Origin: an uncultured Porphyromonas sp. | GTDB taxonomy: Bacteria; Bacteroidota; Bacteroidia; Bacteroidales; Porphyromonadaceae | NCBI GenBank assembly: GCA_963543315.1 | Contig: CAUUAW010000001.1 | Location: 79,892-143,891 of the forward strand | Reading direction: 5' to 3' | DNA: 64,000 bases | In this document: positions 50,682 through 59,535 of the stretch, one piece after another | Position numbering within the stretch: the stretch's first letter is position 1 | How the letters are laid out: the number at the start of each line of letters is the position of its first letter | Program-made: the position numbers and the translations under genes | Notes under the pieces: model-generated | What the model was told of the DNA's origin: nothing | Databases searched by the model: none | What the model saw: the letters and a program-made list of their open reading frames with translations, nothing else

Positions 50682-51524
50682 ATGCTACTAAACACGGGCA
50701 ATACGCATGTCTTTTATGCTTTCCTAATCACCCTTTGGGCAGGTTTGTCTACAGGAATAGGGAGTGCCTTAGTATTTTTTACTAAGAGTACTAATCGGAT
50801 TTTCCTCTCTATCTCATTAGGTTTCTCAGCAGGGGTAATGATTTACGTATCCTTTGTAGAGCTTTTTAGCTCAGCACAGGTGTGTATGTCGCCATTTTAT
50901 GGTAATAAGTTAGCGACAGTCTATGCGACGATTGCCTTCTTTTCAGGCGTTGCTTTGATAGGAATTATAGATCGATTGATACCAGAAGCAGAGAATCCTC
51001 ACGAACTCCCCGATAAGATAGCCATACAAAGTATAGAAAAGTGTGATACGCCGCCTAACGATATACCACGTAGTGGGAGCCTTTTGCGTACGGGTATGGT
51101 AACAGCTATTGTGCTTGCTATACATAACTTCCCCGAGGGAATGGTCACCTTTATGTCTGCTTTAGGAGATCTTTCCTTAGCACTTCCTATTGCGATAGCT
51201 ATTGCACTACACAATATTCCCGAAGGTATTTCAGTAGCTATACCAATCTACCATGCTACAGGTAGGAGAAAAAAAGCATTCTTACTATCTTTTGCTTCGG
51301 GGCTTGCAGAGCCCATAGGAGGGTTGATAGGTTTCTTACTCTTACGTCCCTTCTTAAATGATACAGTATTGGGTTGTTGCTTTGCAGCAATTGCGGGAAT
51401 TATGGTTTACATATCATTTGACGAGTTACTCCCCGCCGCCGAGAAATTTGGACACCATCACACAGCTCTCTATGGTCTTGTCGGGGGAATGGCTTTTATG
51501 GCACTTAGCCTTATCTTATTATAG
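50682..51524 (+). CDS. zupT: ZIP family zinc transporter ZupT
   Basis: 280 aa with 8 TM helices and the metal-binding motifs HNFPEG and HNIPEG. Confidence 0.88.
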   Translation: MLLNTGNTHVFYAFLITLWAGLSTGIGSALVFFTKSTNRIFLSISLGFSAGVMIYVSFVELFSSAQVCMSPFYGNKLATVYATIAFFSGVALIGIIDRLIPEAENPHELPDKIAIQSIEKCDTPPNDIPRSGSLLRTGMVTAIVLAIHNFPEGMVTFMSALGDLSLALPIAIAIALHNIPEGISVAIPIYHATGRRKKAFLLSFASGLAEPIGGLIGFLLLRPFLNDTVLGCCFAAIAGIMVYISFDELLPAAEKFGHHHTALYGLVGGMAFMALSLILL

Positions 51525-51551
51525 TCCCAATATAAAGAGACTACAATTCGC

Positions 51552-52334
51552 CTACTCAAAGCAAAAAGTTAACATAATCATTCTGCCAGTACCGCGACGT
51601 ATTGCATCGGTATAACGCATACTCACACCATCATCCAGATCAGGACGATTGTGCCGTATCAGATCTGTCACTCCAAAGTCAAAGCGAAGCTCAGGTGAGA
51701 GCTTGAAGTAACGCAAATAGATATCGCACCCTACGCCGATAGTCCACCCTGCAGAGAGTGGAGTGAATTGGAGTGGAGCACCTTTTTTCTGCCCCATATT
51801 GAGTAGACCATATGCCCCAGTTACGATATAGGGTCTGGTATCATTAAAACGTACGGAGCTATATTTGACTAAAAGAGGTACTTCTATTTGACTGGTGCGC
51901 ATGGAAATTGTCTCAAAGCTCTCCCCCCCAGTGTGAAAAAATATTTGTTGCTCTCCAAAGTGTAGTGTGGGAAGCGTTCGAATACTCCAGTCGATGTGTG
52001 GGTTGTAATTGGCAATGACACCCACACTAAAACCGGGACTATAGTGTGGTACTGCCGCATACAATGCTTGAGATTTACCATCTTTTGGACCCAAGTTATC
52101 TATAATCAGATCCTCAACATGCAGACCAACGTGAAAGCCCCAGTTGAATCGTCGATGATCTGCATAGGGACGAGTCATAGGGCGAGCCGTCTGAGCTGTC
52201 GTTTGTATAGTGAACCCTGAGGCGAGGAATAAGAGCATTAATCCCCCTATCAAGGGTATAAAGCTTGGCGAATAGGTGCCATATGTATCTCTAGATTGCT
52301 CCAAAATTACTTTTAAATACGACATAACCTGCAC
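51552..52334 (-). CDS. outer-membrane beta-barrel protein, PorT-family-like
   Basis: 260 aa with a signal/anchor segment. RFNWGFHVGLHV and the beta-strand pattern resemble PorT-type barrels (from recollection of the family, not verified). The start is either GTG 52334 or ATG 52325. Confidence 0.6.
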   Translation of the reverse strand: MQVMSYLKVILEQSRDTYGTYSPSFIPLIGGLMLLFLASGFTIQTTAQTARPMTRPYADHRRFNWGFHVGLHVEDLIIDNLGPKDGKSQALYAAVPHYSPGFSVGVIANYNPHIDWSIRTLPTLHFGEQQIFFHTGGESFETISMRTSQIEVPLLVKYSSVRFNDTRPYIVTGAYGLLNMGQKKGAPLQFTPLSAGWTIGVGCDIYLRYFKLSPELRFDFGVTDLIRHNRPDLDDGVSMRYTDAIRRGTGRMIMLTFCFE

Positions 52335-52353
52335 AGATTGAACGTCTATCCGA

Positions 52354-52361
52354 CAAAGATA
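52354..52361 (-). promoter_or_regulatory. Bacteroidota -7 promoter box (TATCTTTG)
   Basis: Exact TAnnTTTG on the minus strand, 20-29 nt upstream of the PorT-like gene start. Confidence 0.45.
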
Positions 52362-52364
52362 TTG

Positions 52365-52372
52365 TATATTTG
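52365..52372 (+). promoter_or_regulatory. Bacteroidota -7 promoter box (TATATTTG)
   Basis: Exact TAnnTTTG on the plus strand, 38 nt upstream of the upp ATG (52410). It sits back to back with the minus-strand box. Confidence 0.45.
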
Positions 52373-52409
52373 CTCAATTTAAGCACTCAAATAAATTGTC
52401 AGGAAGCTT

Positions 52410-53069
52410 ATGCAAGTACATAATCTATCCGAAAATCCATCACTTCTTACACATTTCCTTTCAGAGATTCGCGATAAGGAAATACAAAAAGATCCTCTAC
52501 GCTTTCGGGTAAATATAGAGCGTATAGGACACATTATGGCGTATGAATTGAGCAAGCATTTGGACTATAAGACTCGCTCAGTAGAGACTCCTCTGGGTAC
52601 AGCTCCTACAAGCGTACTAGATAATTCGCTTGTCGTGGCAACCATCTTGCGTGCAGGACTACCCCTTCATCATGGATTCTTAGACTTTTTCGATCGAGCA
52701 GAAAATGCATTTATTTCAGCTTATCGCAAAGTTGTCGACGATGATAATTTTGATATACACGTAGAGTATGTCGCAGCTCCTGACTTAACAAACAAAGAGC
52801 TTCTGCTTGTTGATCCAATGCTTGCTACAGGAGGATCAATGCATTTGTCGTGGCAAGCTTTGCTTAACAGCTGTGGGACACCTCGTCATACCCATATGGT
52901 TGCTGTAGTGGCTAGTCAGCAAGCGATAGATTTCCTGAAAGATCAGTTCACCGCAGACGATTCTGTGACACTATGGGTCGCAGTAATTGATCCTGCACTC
53001 AATGAGCATGCTTATATAGTACCCGGGCTAGGAGATGCTGGCGATCTAGCCTTTGGGGCTAAACTCTGA
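52410..53069 (+). CDS. upp: uracil phosphoribosyltransferase
   Basis: 219 aa with the PRPP-binding motif LLLVDPMLATGGS and a C-terminal YIVPGLGDAGD. Confidence 0.9.
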   Translation: MQVHNLSENPSLLTHFLSEIRDKEIQKDPLRFRVNIERIGHIMAYELSKHLDYKTRSVETPLGTAPTSVLDNSLVVATILRAGLPLHHGFLDFFDRAENAFISAYRKVVDDDNFDIHVEYVAAPDLTNKELLLVDPMLATGGSMHLSWQALLNSCGTPRHTHMVAVVASQQAIDFLKDQFTADDSVTLWVAVIDPALNEHAYIVPGLGDAGDLAFGAKL

Positions 53070-53084
53070 TAATTCTTTTTTTTC

Positions 53085-55007
53085 TTGCTTGGACAGCGTG
53101 ATATAGAGCTTCTAGCTCCTGCGTCCTCTTTGGAGGGAGGTCTTGTGGCTCTCTCAGCAGGAGCCGACGCTATATACGTTGGAGCCCCTCAGTATGGAGC
53201 AAGAAGTGCTGCGGGTGTTTCGATAGGAGAGATTAGATCTCTCTGTACCGCAGCTCACGATTACGCAGCGCGAGTTTATGTAGCTCTAAATACTATCCTT
53301 ACAGATAGTCAATTGTCTCATGCAGTCACACTAGCACACCAGCTGTATGAGGTAGGGGCTGATGCGCTTATCATACAAGATCTAGGCTTACTCACGCAGG
53401 AGCTGCCTCCTATTCCATTACATGCCAGTACGCAGTGTCATAATAATTCGTTAGGACAACTGCGGATGCTATCTGAGTTAGGCTTCGAGCAGGTAGTATT
53501 ACCACGAGAGTGGAGTCTGAGGGATATTGAGTCAGTAAGGGATAAGGTCCCAGTACGGCTGGAAGCTTTTATCCATGGGGCTCTTTGCGTTTCGTATAGT
53601 GGACGCTGTTTTATCTCCGAAGCCTTATCACATCGCAGTGCCAATAGGGGGCAATGTGCGCAGTACTGCCGTATGACTTACGATCTTGTAGATGCTCAAG
53701 GGCGTAAACTCCGACAGGGAGAGCATCTATTATCTTTGCGAGATCTCAATAGGACGGAGATCGTCGAGCGGATGATCGATGCAGGTATTACTTCATTTAA
53801 GATAGAGGGTCGTCTCAAAGCAATCTCCTATATACGTAATGTGACTGCTCACTATAGGAAAGTCTTGGATGAGATTCTAGAGCATCGTGGCAATCAGTTC
53901 CGCCGACCCTCGTGGGGGACTAGTGTATACACTTTCACTCCGCAGCCTGAGGCGACCTTTGCTCGCCCCTTTACTAGCTACAATACTCCTCTAGGTACTC
54001 CAATAGCTACGGATAGTATTACACCGTGTAGCAACAAAAGCCTTGGGCAACCTATAGGTAATGTCTTCCGCTGCAAAGAGAGAGAACTAGAGATTGATTT
54101 ACTGAGCAATGATGTAGAATTAGCTAATGGTGATGGCATTGTTGGGTATTCGGCCGTAAAAGAACTACAAGGAGCTCAGATCAATCAAGTAATCTCTGAT
54201 GGGCTGTCTCGTCGTCGCTTGCGACTCTCCCAGCCTCTTGACATACCTCAGGGTAATACCTTGTGGCGCAATCACAATCATCAGCTTGAGAGTCTGCTCT
54301 CGCGATCTGACGCCTCCGTGCGCACCATGCCAGTACGACTGTATCTAAAGGCAACAACAGATAGATTAACGCTACAGATAACTCTCATTGATGATCCTGA
54401 TCTATCTATTAGTATAGGGAAGGTCATTACACTACAGCATGCTCAAAAGGACAATACGTCCCACCTAGAGCATACTCTTGCGAAACTGGGGGAGACACCC
54501 TATCGAGCTGCAGAGGTAACTATGGATTTGGGAGGACTATTTGTCCCACCATCTATCCTTACTGAGCTACGACGAGAAGCCTGTGCAGAGCTACAAGCTC
54601 TCTGTCAGTCGGCAGTATTACAGCGTAGATCTGAGATAGGAGCAGAGCTACAAGAGCTGCGGGTACGTACACTGTCTCAGCAAACGACTAGCTCGACACG
54701 TGAGCGATATGAGCTCCCAGAGCAACTAGACTTCACCTACAATGTGGCAAATAAGTCGGCTCTACGACTCTACCGACAGCTAGGAGTCTCCGGACCTATA
54801 GCTCCTGCTCTCGAGATTAAACGCCCAGAGGGATCCATTCCTGTCATGTTTACACGCCACTGTCTACGTCATCAGCTAGGATACTGTACTCGTGGGCACC
54901 GTCAGCCTCCATTTACGCTTCCCCTTTACCTCGTCCGAGGATCTCAAAGATTACGTGTAGAGACCGACTGCAAGCACTGTATGATGACCCTTTGGTTAGA
55001 CAAGTAG
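53085..55007 (+). CDS. peptidase U32 family protein (long form with C-terminal extension)
   Basis: 640 aa with the U32 signature EAFIHGALCVSYSGRCFIS. The start is a TTG at 53085. Confidence 0.85.
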   Translation: MLGQRDIELLAPASSLEGGLVALSAGADAIYVGAPQYGARSAAGVSIGEIRSLCTAAHDYAARVYVALNTILTDSQLSHAVTLAHQLYEVGADALIIQDLGLLTQELPPIPLHASTQCHNNSLGQLRMLSELGFEQVVLPREWSLRDIESVRDKVPVRLEAFIHGALCVSYSGRCFISEALSHRSANRGQCAQYCRMTYDLVDAQGRKLRQGEHLLSLRDLNRTEIVERMIDAGITSFKIEGRLKAISYIRNVTAHYRKVLDEILEHRGNQFRRPSWGTSVYTFTPQPEATFARPFTSYNTPLGTPIATDSITPCSNKSLGQPIGNVFRCKERELEIDLLSNDVELANGDGIVGYSAVKELQGAQINQVISDGLSRRRLRLSQPLDIPQGNTLWRNHNHQLESLLSRSDASVRTMPVRLYLKATTDRLTLQITLIDDPDLSISIGKVITLQHAQKDNTSHLEHTLAKLGETPYRAAEVTMDLGGLFVPPSILTELRREACAELQALCQSAVLQRRSEIGAELQELRVRTLSQQTTSSTRERYELPEQLDFTYNVANKSALRLYRQLGVSGPIAPALEIKRPEGSIPVMFTRHCLRHQLGYCTRGHRQPPFTLPLYLVRGSQRLRVETDCKHCMMTLWLDK

Positions 55008-55019
55008 GGAGAGCTGTCC

Positions 55020-55172
55020 ACGAAATAAGTCGATAATAAGGAGTAATGGGCTCCAAATAATTACGGAATAAGGAGTTAATTCTCCGGGAATGCTCGATCC
55101 ATTATTTCGTAATACTCGTTTGGATATTCTGGAATTATGAAATCATTATCCCGAGATAAGGCGTAAGATAGC
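55020..55172. repeat. 22-bp-phased palindromic repeat array (about 7 units)
   Basis: Units ACGAAATAAGTCGATAATAAGG / AGTAATGGGCTCCAAATAATT / ACGGAATAAGGAGTTAATTCTC / CGGGAATGCTCGATCCATTATTT / CGTAATACTCGTTTGGATATT / CTGGAATTATGAAATCATTATC / CCGAGATAAGG... Confidence 0.78.
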
Positions 55173-55211
55173 TGTCCGATAGTTGTATGACATGTGGTAG
55201 ATTACTGCGTA

Positions 55212-56387
55212 TTACAGAGAGAAGGTACGAGCACCAAGACCGGATACATAGAGTAGATAAAGCCCATGCATCCACCCCATTGTGGAGATCGTTAGTTGAG
55301 TACTATGATCCTCTCTATGCTGGTAGCAGGTAGCGCCCGAAGGATTATATATAGTTATGCTTGCTCCAAGAGGTAATGGATCTATTGTTAATTCCGTCGC
55401 ATTTAGGAAGATCCGAGGCCAATCTTGCTCAGTAGCCATGCATCCTATGGCGTTATCTTGTGATCCCTCGTAGGGGACTCCAAAACCATTGTTTGCACCC
55501 CCTTGAGAGTCCATCGCATTCCATCCCTTTTGCTTTAGGAGGGCTACTTGACTGACTGTACAGATATTAGTATCCTCAGGCTCTTTCGTATCGACTACCA
55601 TAAAGATACCCTTAAGGTCCTCATCCGTCCTGTCGGGGAGAGTCTTGCAGATAGCTGTCAGGGTAGCTCCTCGTAGATTGTTTCCCTGACAAGCGACCTC
55701 GTCAAGAGCTGAGTTTTTTGAGAAGTCCAGAGATGATATTTGATTGTATTCGCAGAGCACCTTAATCAAGAGAGGGCATGGAGATGTATCAATACTTTTG
55801 AGTCGATTCTTGAAGCAATAAAGCCAACGTAGGTTATTAAGCCCCGTTAGGTCCATTTCTGTCAATCGATTTTGGTAGCATGATATCTCGAAGAGCTTGC
55901 TACATCCAGACATGATTAGCTCTTCGAGTGCGCATTGTACACAGTTAAGGCGACCAAGTTTAGGGCAGTGCGAAACATCTAGACGCTTGAGCGGATTGCC
56001 CTCGCAGAAGAGCTGTGCGAGCGACTCGCAAGAGCTCAAGTCGAGAGTTGTGATTTGGTTACCTTGACATCCTAAACCCTCGAGCTTAGGACAGTCAGAC
56101 AGATCTAAGGATGTAATATTACATAGATAGCAATACACCTGAGCTATGTTGCCCTCTATAGAAAATGTCTGAGCTGTTACCTCGTAGCTTGCTTCCTGAT
56201 CATAGGCTATCGAGCCCTTGAGACCTGTGAGAGTGAGATTGGATCCGCAGAGCGTCATCTTTATTTTACTCCCGATAGGAGTAGTTGTAGTAGCAACAAA
56301 ACGGTCTGCTCTAGCTCCCTGTGCCATGATGGATAGTAAAAGGAGCAATAATATGTGGCGAGATCCTTTCATGTGATGTAAAGTCAT
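55212..56387 (-). CDS. leucine-rich repeat (Cys-containing, InlJ-like) secreted protein with a T9SS C-terminal sorting domain
   Basis: 391 aa with a signal peptide and about 8 units of about 22 residues (LDLSxCxxLxxLxCxxNxLxx). A post-LRR module follows (KGWNAMDSQGGANNGFGVPYEG), then a CTD-like tail (ITIYNPSGAT...GLYLLYV...). Confidence 0.8.
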   Translation of the reverse strand: MTLHHMKGSRHILLLLLLSIMAQGARADRFVATTTTPIGSKIKMTLCGSNLTLTGLKGSIAYDQEASYEVTAQTFSIEGNIAQVYCYLCNITSLDLSDCPKLEGLGCQGNQITTLDLSSCESLAQLFCEGNPLKRLDVSHCPKLGRLNCVQCALEELIMSGCSKLFEISCYQNRLTEMDLTGLNNLRWLYCFKNRLKSIDTSPCPLLIKVLCEYNQISSLDFSKNSALDEVACQGNNLRGATLTAICKTLPDRTDEDLKGIFMVVDTKEPEDTNICTVSQVALLKQKGWNAMDSQGGANNGFGVPYEGSQDNAIGCMATEQDWPRIFLNATELTIDPLPLGASITIYNPSGATCYQHREDHSTQLTISTMGWMHGLYLLYVSGLGARTFSL

Positions 56388-56394
56388 TTATTGC

Positions 56395-57366
56395 CTATTC
56401 CGCATCTTTAAATGGGCGTATGCCAAACTTAAATAGATTGGGGTTGTAGCTTATATAGGCCATTTTAGGAATGTAAGCGATGGTCCATACGAAGCCTGTC
56501 TGAGATTCATGTGTACTACTCGTCCAATAATAAGCATCAGCTCCGAAGAGATCCATGTGTTTCTGCGGATGGTAATAGACGGATGAGGGTAGTATACGCA
56601 CTACATCGTTTTGGTTGTTCTCCCTCCAAAATTCTTCCGTTGCCACATCATCTATCGAGCCCGTGAAGTCATTACCGAGATAGCGTACGGTAATCTTCAG
56701 ATGCGAGTCCATACTACCTATGGTATGCTGACCGATGATCTCGTAGCGATAAGCTGCTTGTAGATTATTATCATTAGCGATAGGAAAGTCTGCCTGCACC
56801 TCCTTTGTTCCCCTCTTAAAGCGTAAAGCGTAACACACCTTACTCCCCTGGAGAGACTTGTAGTCCGATAGATAAGAAGCCTTATGAGCCCCCACTTGTA
56901 TAGCCTCTGGGATATCTTTAAAGGACTTATTGTCGTCAAATATCACATAGATCTCATAATTAGGACCGAACGAAGGCATTAAAACAGCCGCTTCGTACCG
57001 AGAGGGTGTATGATAGCCAGCGGGGCATACAGAGCCTATCTCGTCAAAAGTAAAGCAGCCAGACGCATCATTGTTGTGACTTGTGGCAAATGTGCCAAGC
57101 TCTTTACCCACATTGTATTCAGCGACGTACTCTATACCCATCGTAGGATGAGCGGGAGGCTCTTTGATCTGCTCGAAGCAAATGCTGTCGATCTGCTCGA
57201 GAGGGATCTCAGAGATTTTATCTCGCTGATAGATCCTCAAGAGAGTGGGAGTATCGGTTTGCTGCCCCCAAGTTAGTTGCACTCCGTAGAGCAAAGCTAA
57301 TAGTGCAAAAAGTGACAAGTAGTACTGTCTCATAATATATGTAGGGTATATGAATGATTTGTCCAC
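56395..57366 (-). CDS. hypothetical secreted protein
   Basis: 323-aa ORF immediately upstream of the LRR gene (7-nt gap). The signal peptide is best seen from the internal ATG at 57333 (MRQYYLSLFALLALLYG). CPAGYHTPSRYE and YYWTSST are vaguely reminiscent of FISUMP/DUF1566-type domains, which is weak evidence. Confidence 0.6.
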   Translation of the reverse strand: MDKSFIYPTYIMRQYYLSLFALLALLYGVQLTWGQQTDTPTLLRIYQRDKISEIPLEQIDSICFEQIKEPPAHPTMGIEYVAEYNVGKELGTFATSHNNDASGCFTFDEIGSVCPAGYHTPSRYEAAVLMPSFGPNYEIYVIFDDNKSFKDIPEAIQVGAHKASYLSDYKSLQGSKVCYALRFKRGTKEVQADFPIANDNNLQAAYRYEIIGQHTIGSMDSHLKITVRYLGNDFTGSIDDVATEEFWRENNQNDVVRILPSSVYYHPQKHMDLFGADAYYWTSSTHESQTGFVWTIAYIPKMAYISYNPNLFKFGIRPFKDAE

Positions 57367-57480
57367 CTCCAGTGGGGAAGGGCGGGGGCATATCCCAGAT
57401 ACAGCATTATCGCTCCTCGACTCTCCTTCTAGTAGCTAAGGTAGTAAAATATTTTTTCTAAATAAGTAGCTGGGCTTTTT

Positions 57481-57612
57481 ACTCGTCGTAACGAAATTTT
57501 TTACGGGATTATCTGGAAGTATTCACGGGATTAATCTTCGGTAATTACGGAGTCGTAGATCTGTTATCCCGTAATTGTTGATTGGTTATTCGGGAATGAA
57601 TTTTTTCTTCTG
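57481..57612. repeat. 22-bp-phased palindromic repeat array (about 5-6 units)
   Basis: Units ACGGGATTATCTGGAAGTATTC / ACGGGATTAATCTTCGGTAATT / ACGGAGTCGTAGATCTGTTATC / CCGTAATTGTTGATTGGTTATT / CGGGAATGAATTTTTTC... Confidence 0.8.
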
Positions 57613-57876
57613 AGCTTGTTGTCTTTTGCCTTTATTTGTATTTTAGCGCATGTGTTTGGGATTAGAGGTTTATCTCTAGTGTCTCTCGGCAACATAAATC
57701 ACTAATCACAAATTCATATGAGAAAGGCAAACACACTCCGTCTGGAGAGCTCTTTATTGGCTCTTTAGCTCTACGATCCTCCTTCCTGAGTGGGAGATCT
57801 ATCCAGTACGAGTAGGTAATAAGCGCGTAATTATAGCTCTATAAAAAGGAATCCCATAATCATTTCTAAAATATTT

Positions 57877-59337
57877 ATGAAAAGACCATTACTCCTAAGG
57901 GTTACAGCCATTCTCCTCTTAGGTCTTGTAAGCCTGTTCACCACGACCCCACTTTTGTTGGGGCAGGATGTTCCTGACAAAGCTTTAGTCATCTATTCGC
58001 ACGATGCTAACCAGCAGGTGACGAAGCGTTACTTTACCATCTCTGAGGTGGATAGTATACTCTTTGTCTCAAAGACATTGAAACAGCCAATTACATTTGA
58101 GGTAAGTGACGTCATAGCCACCTCATCTTCGCTCTCCATCTCCGTAGTCCCATCTGATGATACTACGACCTATTACATCGGAGTCGATAATAAGGAGCAT
58201 TATGACCAGCACTTTACCTCAGACAAAGCTTATCTGGATAATAAGCTCAAGGTATTGAATGCGATGGCTGGTGCGCATGGTCAGACGCTTTCGGAGTATT
58301 TGCAGACCATTCTTAAGAGGGGTGCTGCGACTCATAAGGAGGATGATCTTTACAGCGATACAGAGTACTACATCTGTATCTTCGGGCTCAGCACTTCAGG
58401 AGAGGTTACAAGCCCGTTGTATAAACAGGAAGTGAAGACTTTACCATTCACACCGACGGGAGACACGACTTTTGAATTACAGCTTACGGCACAGACAGCT
58501 AGTTCGCTCACGGTACAAGTAACCCCTTCGGATGTAAGTACGAACTACTTTTACGGGATCCTAACTAAGGAGCAATATGCTACTTATAAATCACCCGAAG
58601 AGGCAGTATCTGATCTCATCTTTAATGCCGAATTGACAACTGACGTAGACTGGAGTGATCCTCAGAACACACTCCGAGGAGCGCAGACGATTACACTCTC
58701 TAATCTCAAGTCCGAGACAGAGTACGTCTTACTTGTCTTTGGGATCTCTGCAGAGGGAGAGCAAACGACAACCGCTGCTATCTTGCAGGCGAAGACGTCT
58801 GGAGACGCGCTATTCTTGGAGAGCCCAATACCGTTTGGATCTAAGTACGAAGCCATTGCAGCTTATGAGGCGTCTAAGGGCAGTATGCTGGATAGTGATT
58901 TATCGGGTTCCCAGGGGATGGAGTATATGTATGTGTATAGAGTGCAGGAAGCTCCGTCATTGATGCGGATATACTTTGTCTCACAGGACGGTGCTGGTGA
59001 GCTCAATGAGTACTGGGCTGTGGAGGATCGTTACAGCTCTGTATTTGAGATGATGGATGGTCAGTTAATCCTCTCCAAGAGCTTTGTAGCAACCTTGACA
59101 CAGGCTGGTTATACGGCTCCAGTTTTGGGGGAGGGTAGCAACTATTTGTCTAGCAAGGGAGATCAATACGACCTGATGATTATGCCGACAAAGGGAGGTG
59201 ACCTAGGTATCTCGCAAGAGAAGATCGTTGTCCTAGACTTCGCTCCTCGTGGTGAGCTCCTCCCAAAGAGTACTGGCTTTCTTGCTTTACAGAGAATTAA
59301 CTCTCGGAGCCGTGATAGGCGATTACCAGATAACTGA
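57877..59337 (+). CDS. hypothetical secreted protein with an internally duplicated domain
   Basis: 486 aa with a signal peptide. Two similar segments are present (SSLSISVVPSDDTTTYYIGVDNKEHYDQHF versus SSLTVQVTPSDVSTNYFYGILTKEQYATYKS; each is followed by ...TEYYICIFGLSTSGEVTSP / TEYVLLVFGISAEGEQTT). Confidence 0.7.
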   Translation: MKRPLLLRVTAILLLGLVSLFTTTPLLLGQDVPDKALVIYSHDANQQVTKRYFTISEVDSILFVSKTLKQPITFEVSDVIATSSSLSISVVPSDDTTTYYIGVDNKEHYDQHFTSDKAYLDNKLKVLNAMAGAHGQTLSEYLQTILKRGAATHKEDDLYSDTEYYICIFGLSTSGEVTSPLYKQEVKTLPFTPTGDTTFELQLTAQTASSLTVQVTPSDVSTNYFYGILTKEQYATYKSPEEAVSDLIFNAELTTDVDWSDPQNTLRGAQTITLSNLKSETEYVLLVFGISAEGEQTTTAAILQAKTSGDALFLESPIPFGSKYEAIAAYEASKGSMLDSDLSGSQGMEYMYVYRVQEAPSLMRIYFVSQDGAGELNEYWAVEDRYSSVFEMMDGQLILSKSFVATLTQAGYTAPVLGEGSNYLSSKGDQYDLMIMPTKGGDLGISQEKIVVLDFAPRGELLPKSTGFLALQRINSRSRDRRLPDN

Positions 59338-59458
59338 TAATTTGCTCGGGAATAGTCAATCGATATTTACGGAATACGCAGAAGACTATTCCCGAGTGAT
59401 CATTTTACAATTACGGAGTAAAATATCGAGGTTTCTCGGATAAGTACACGTATAATCT
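59324..59458. repeat. 22-bp-phased palindromic repeat array (about 6 units)
   Basis: Units TCGGGAATAGTCAATCGATATTT / ACGGAATACGCAGAAGACTATT / CCCGAGTGATCATTTTACAATT / ACGGAGTAAAATATCGAGGTTTCT / CGGATAAGTACACG... The first, weaker unit overlaps the stop of the upstream gene. Confidence 0.78.
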
Positions 59459-59535
59459 CTAGGATTAAAAGCTAATAGAAGGGAAACTTGCCAGACGGCA
59501 ACGACCCATCTGAGCAATATCAAAGTATAAACGAA

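Noticed and set aside
6299-59458. Interpreting the 22-bp arrays as miniature CRISPR-like arrays (10-bp repeat plus 12-bp spacer).
   Set aside because: The variable part also follows a palindromic consensus (TCAATTGA core), so the whole unit is one degenerate repeat. The units are far too short for CRISPR, and the arrays are scattered at many loci.
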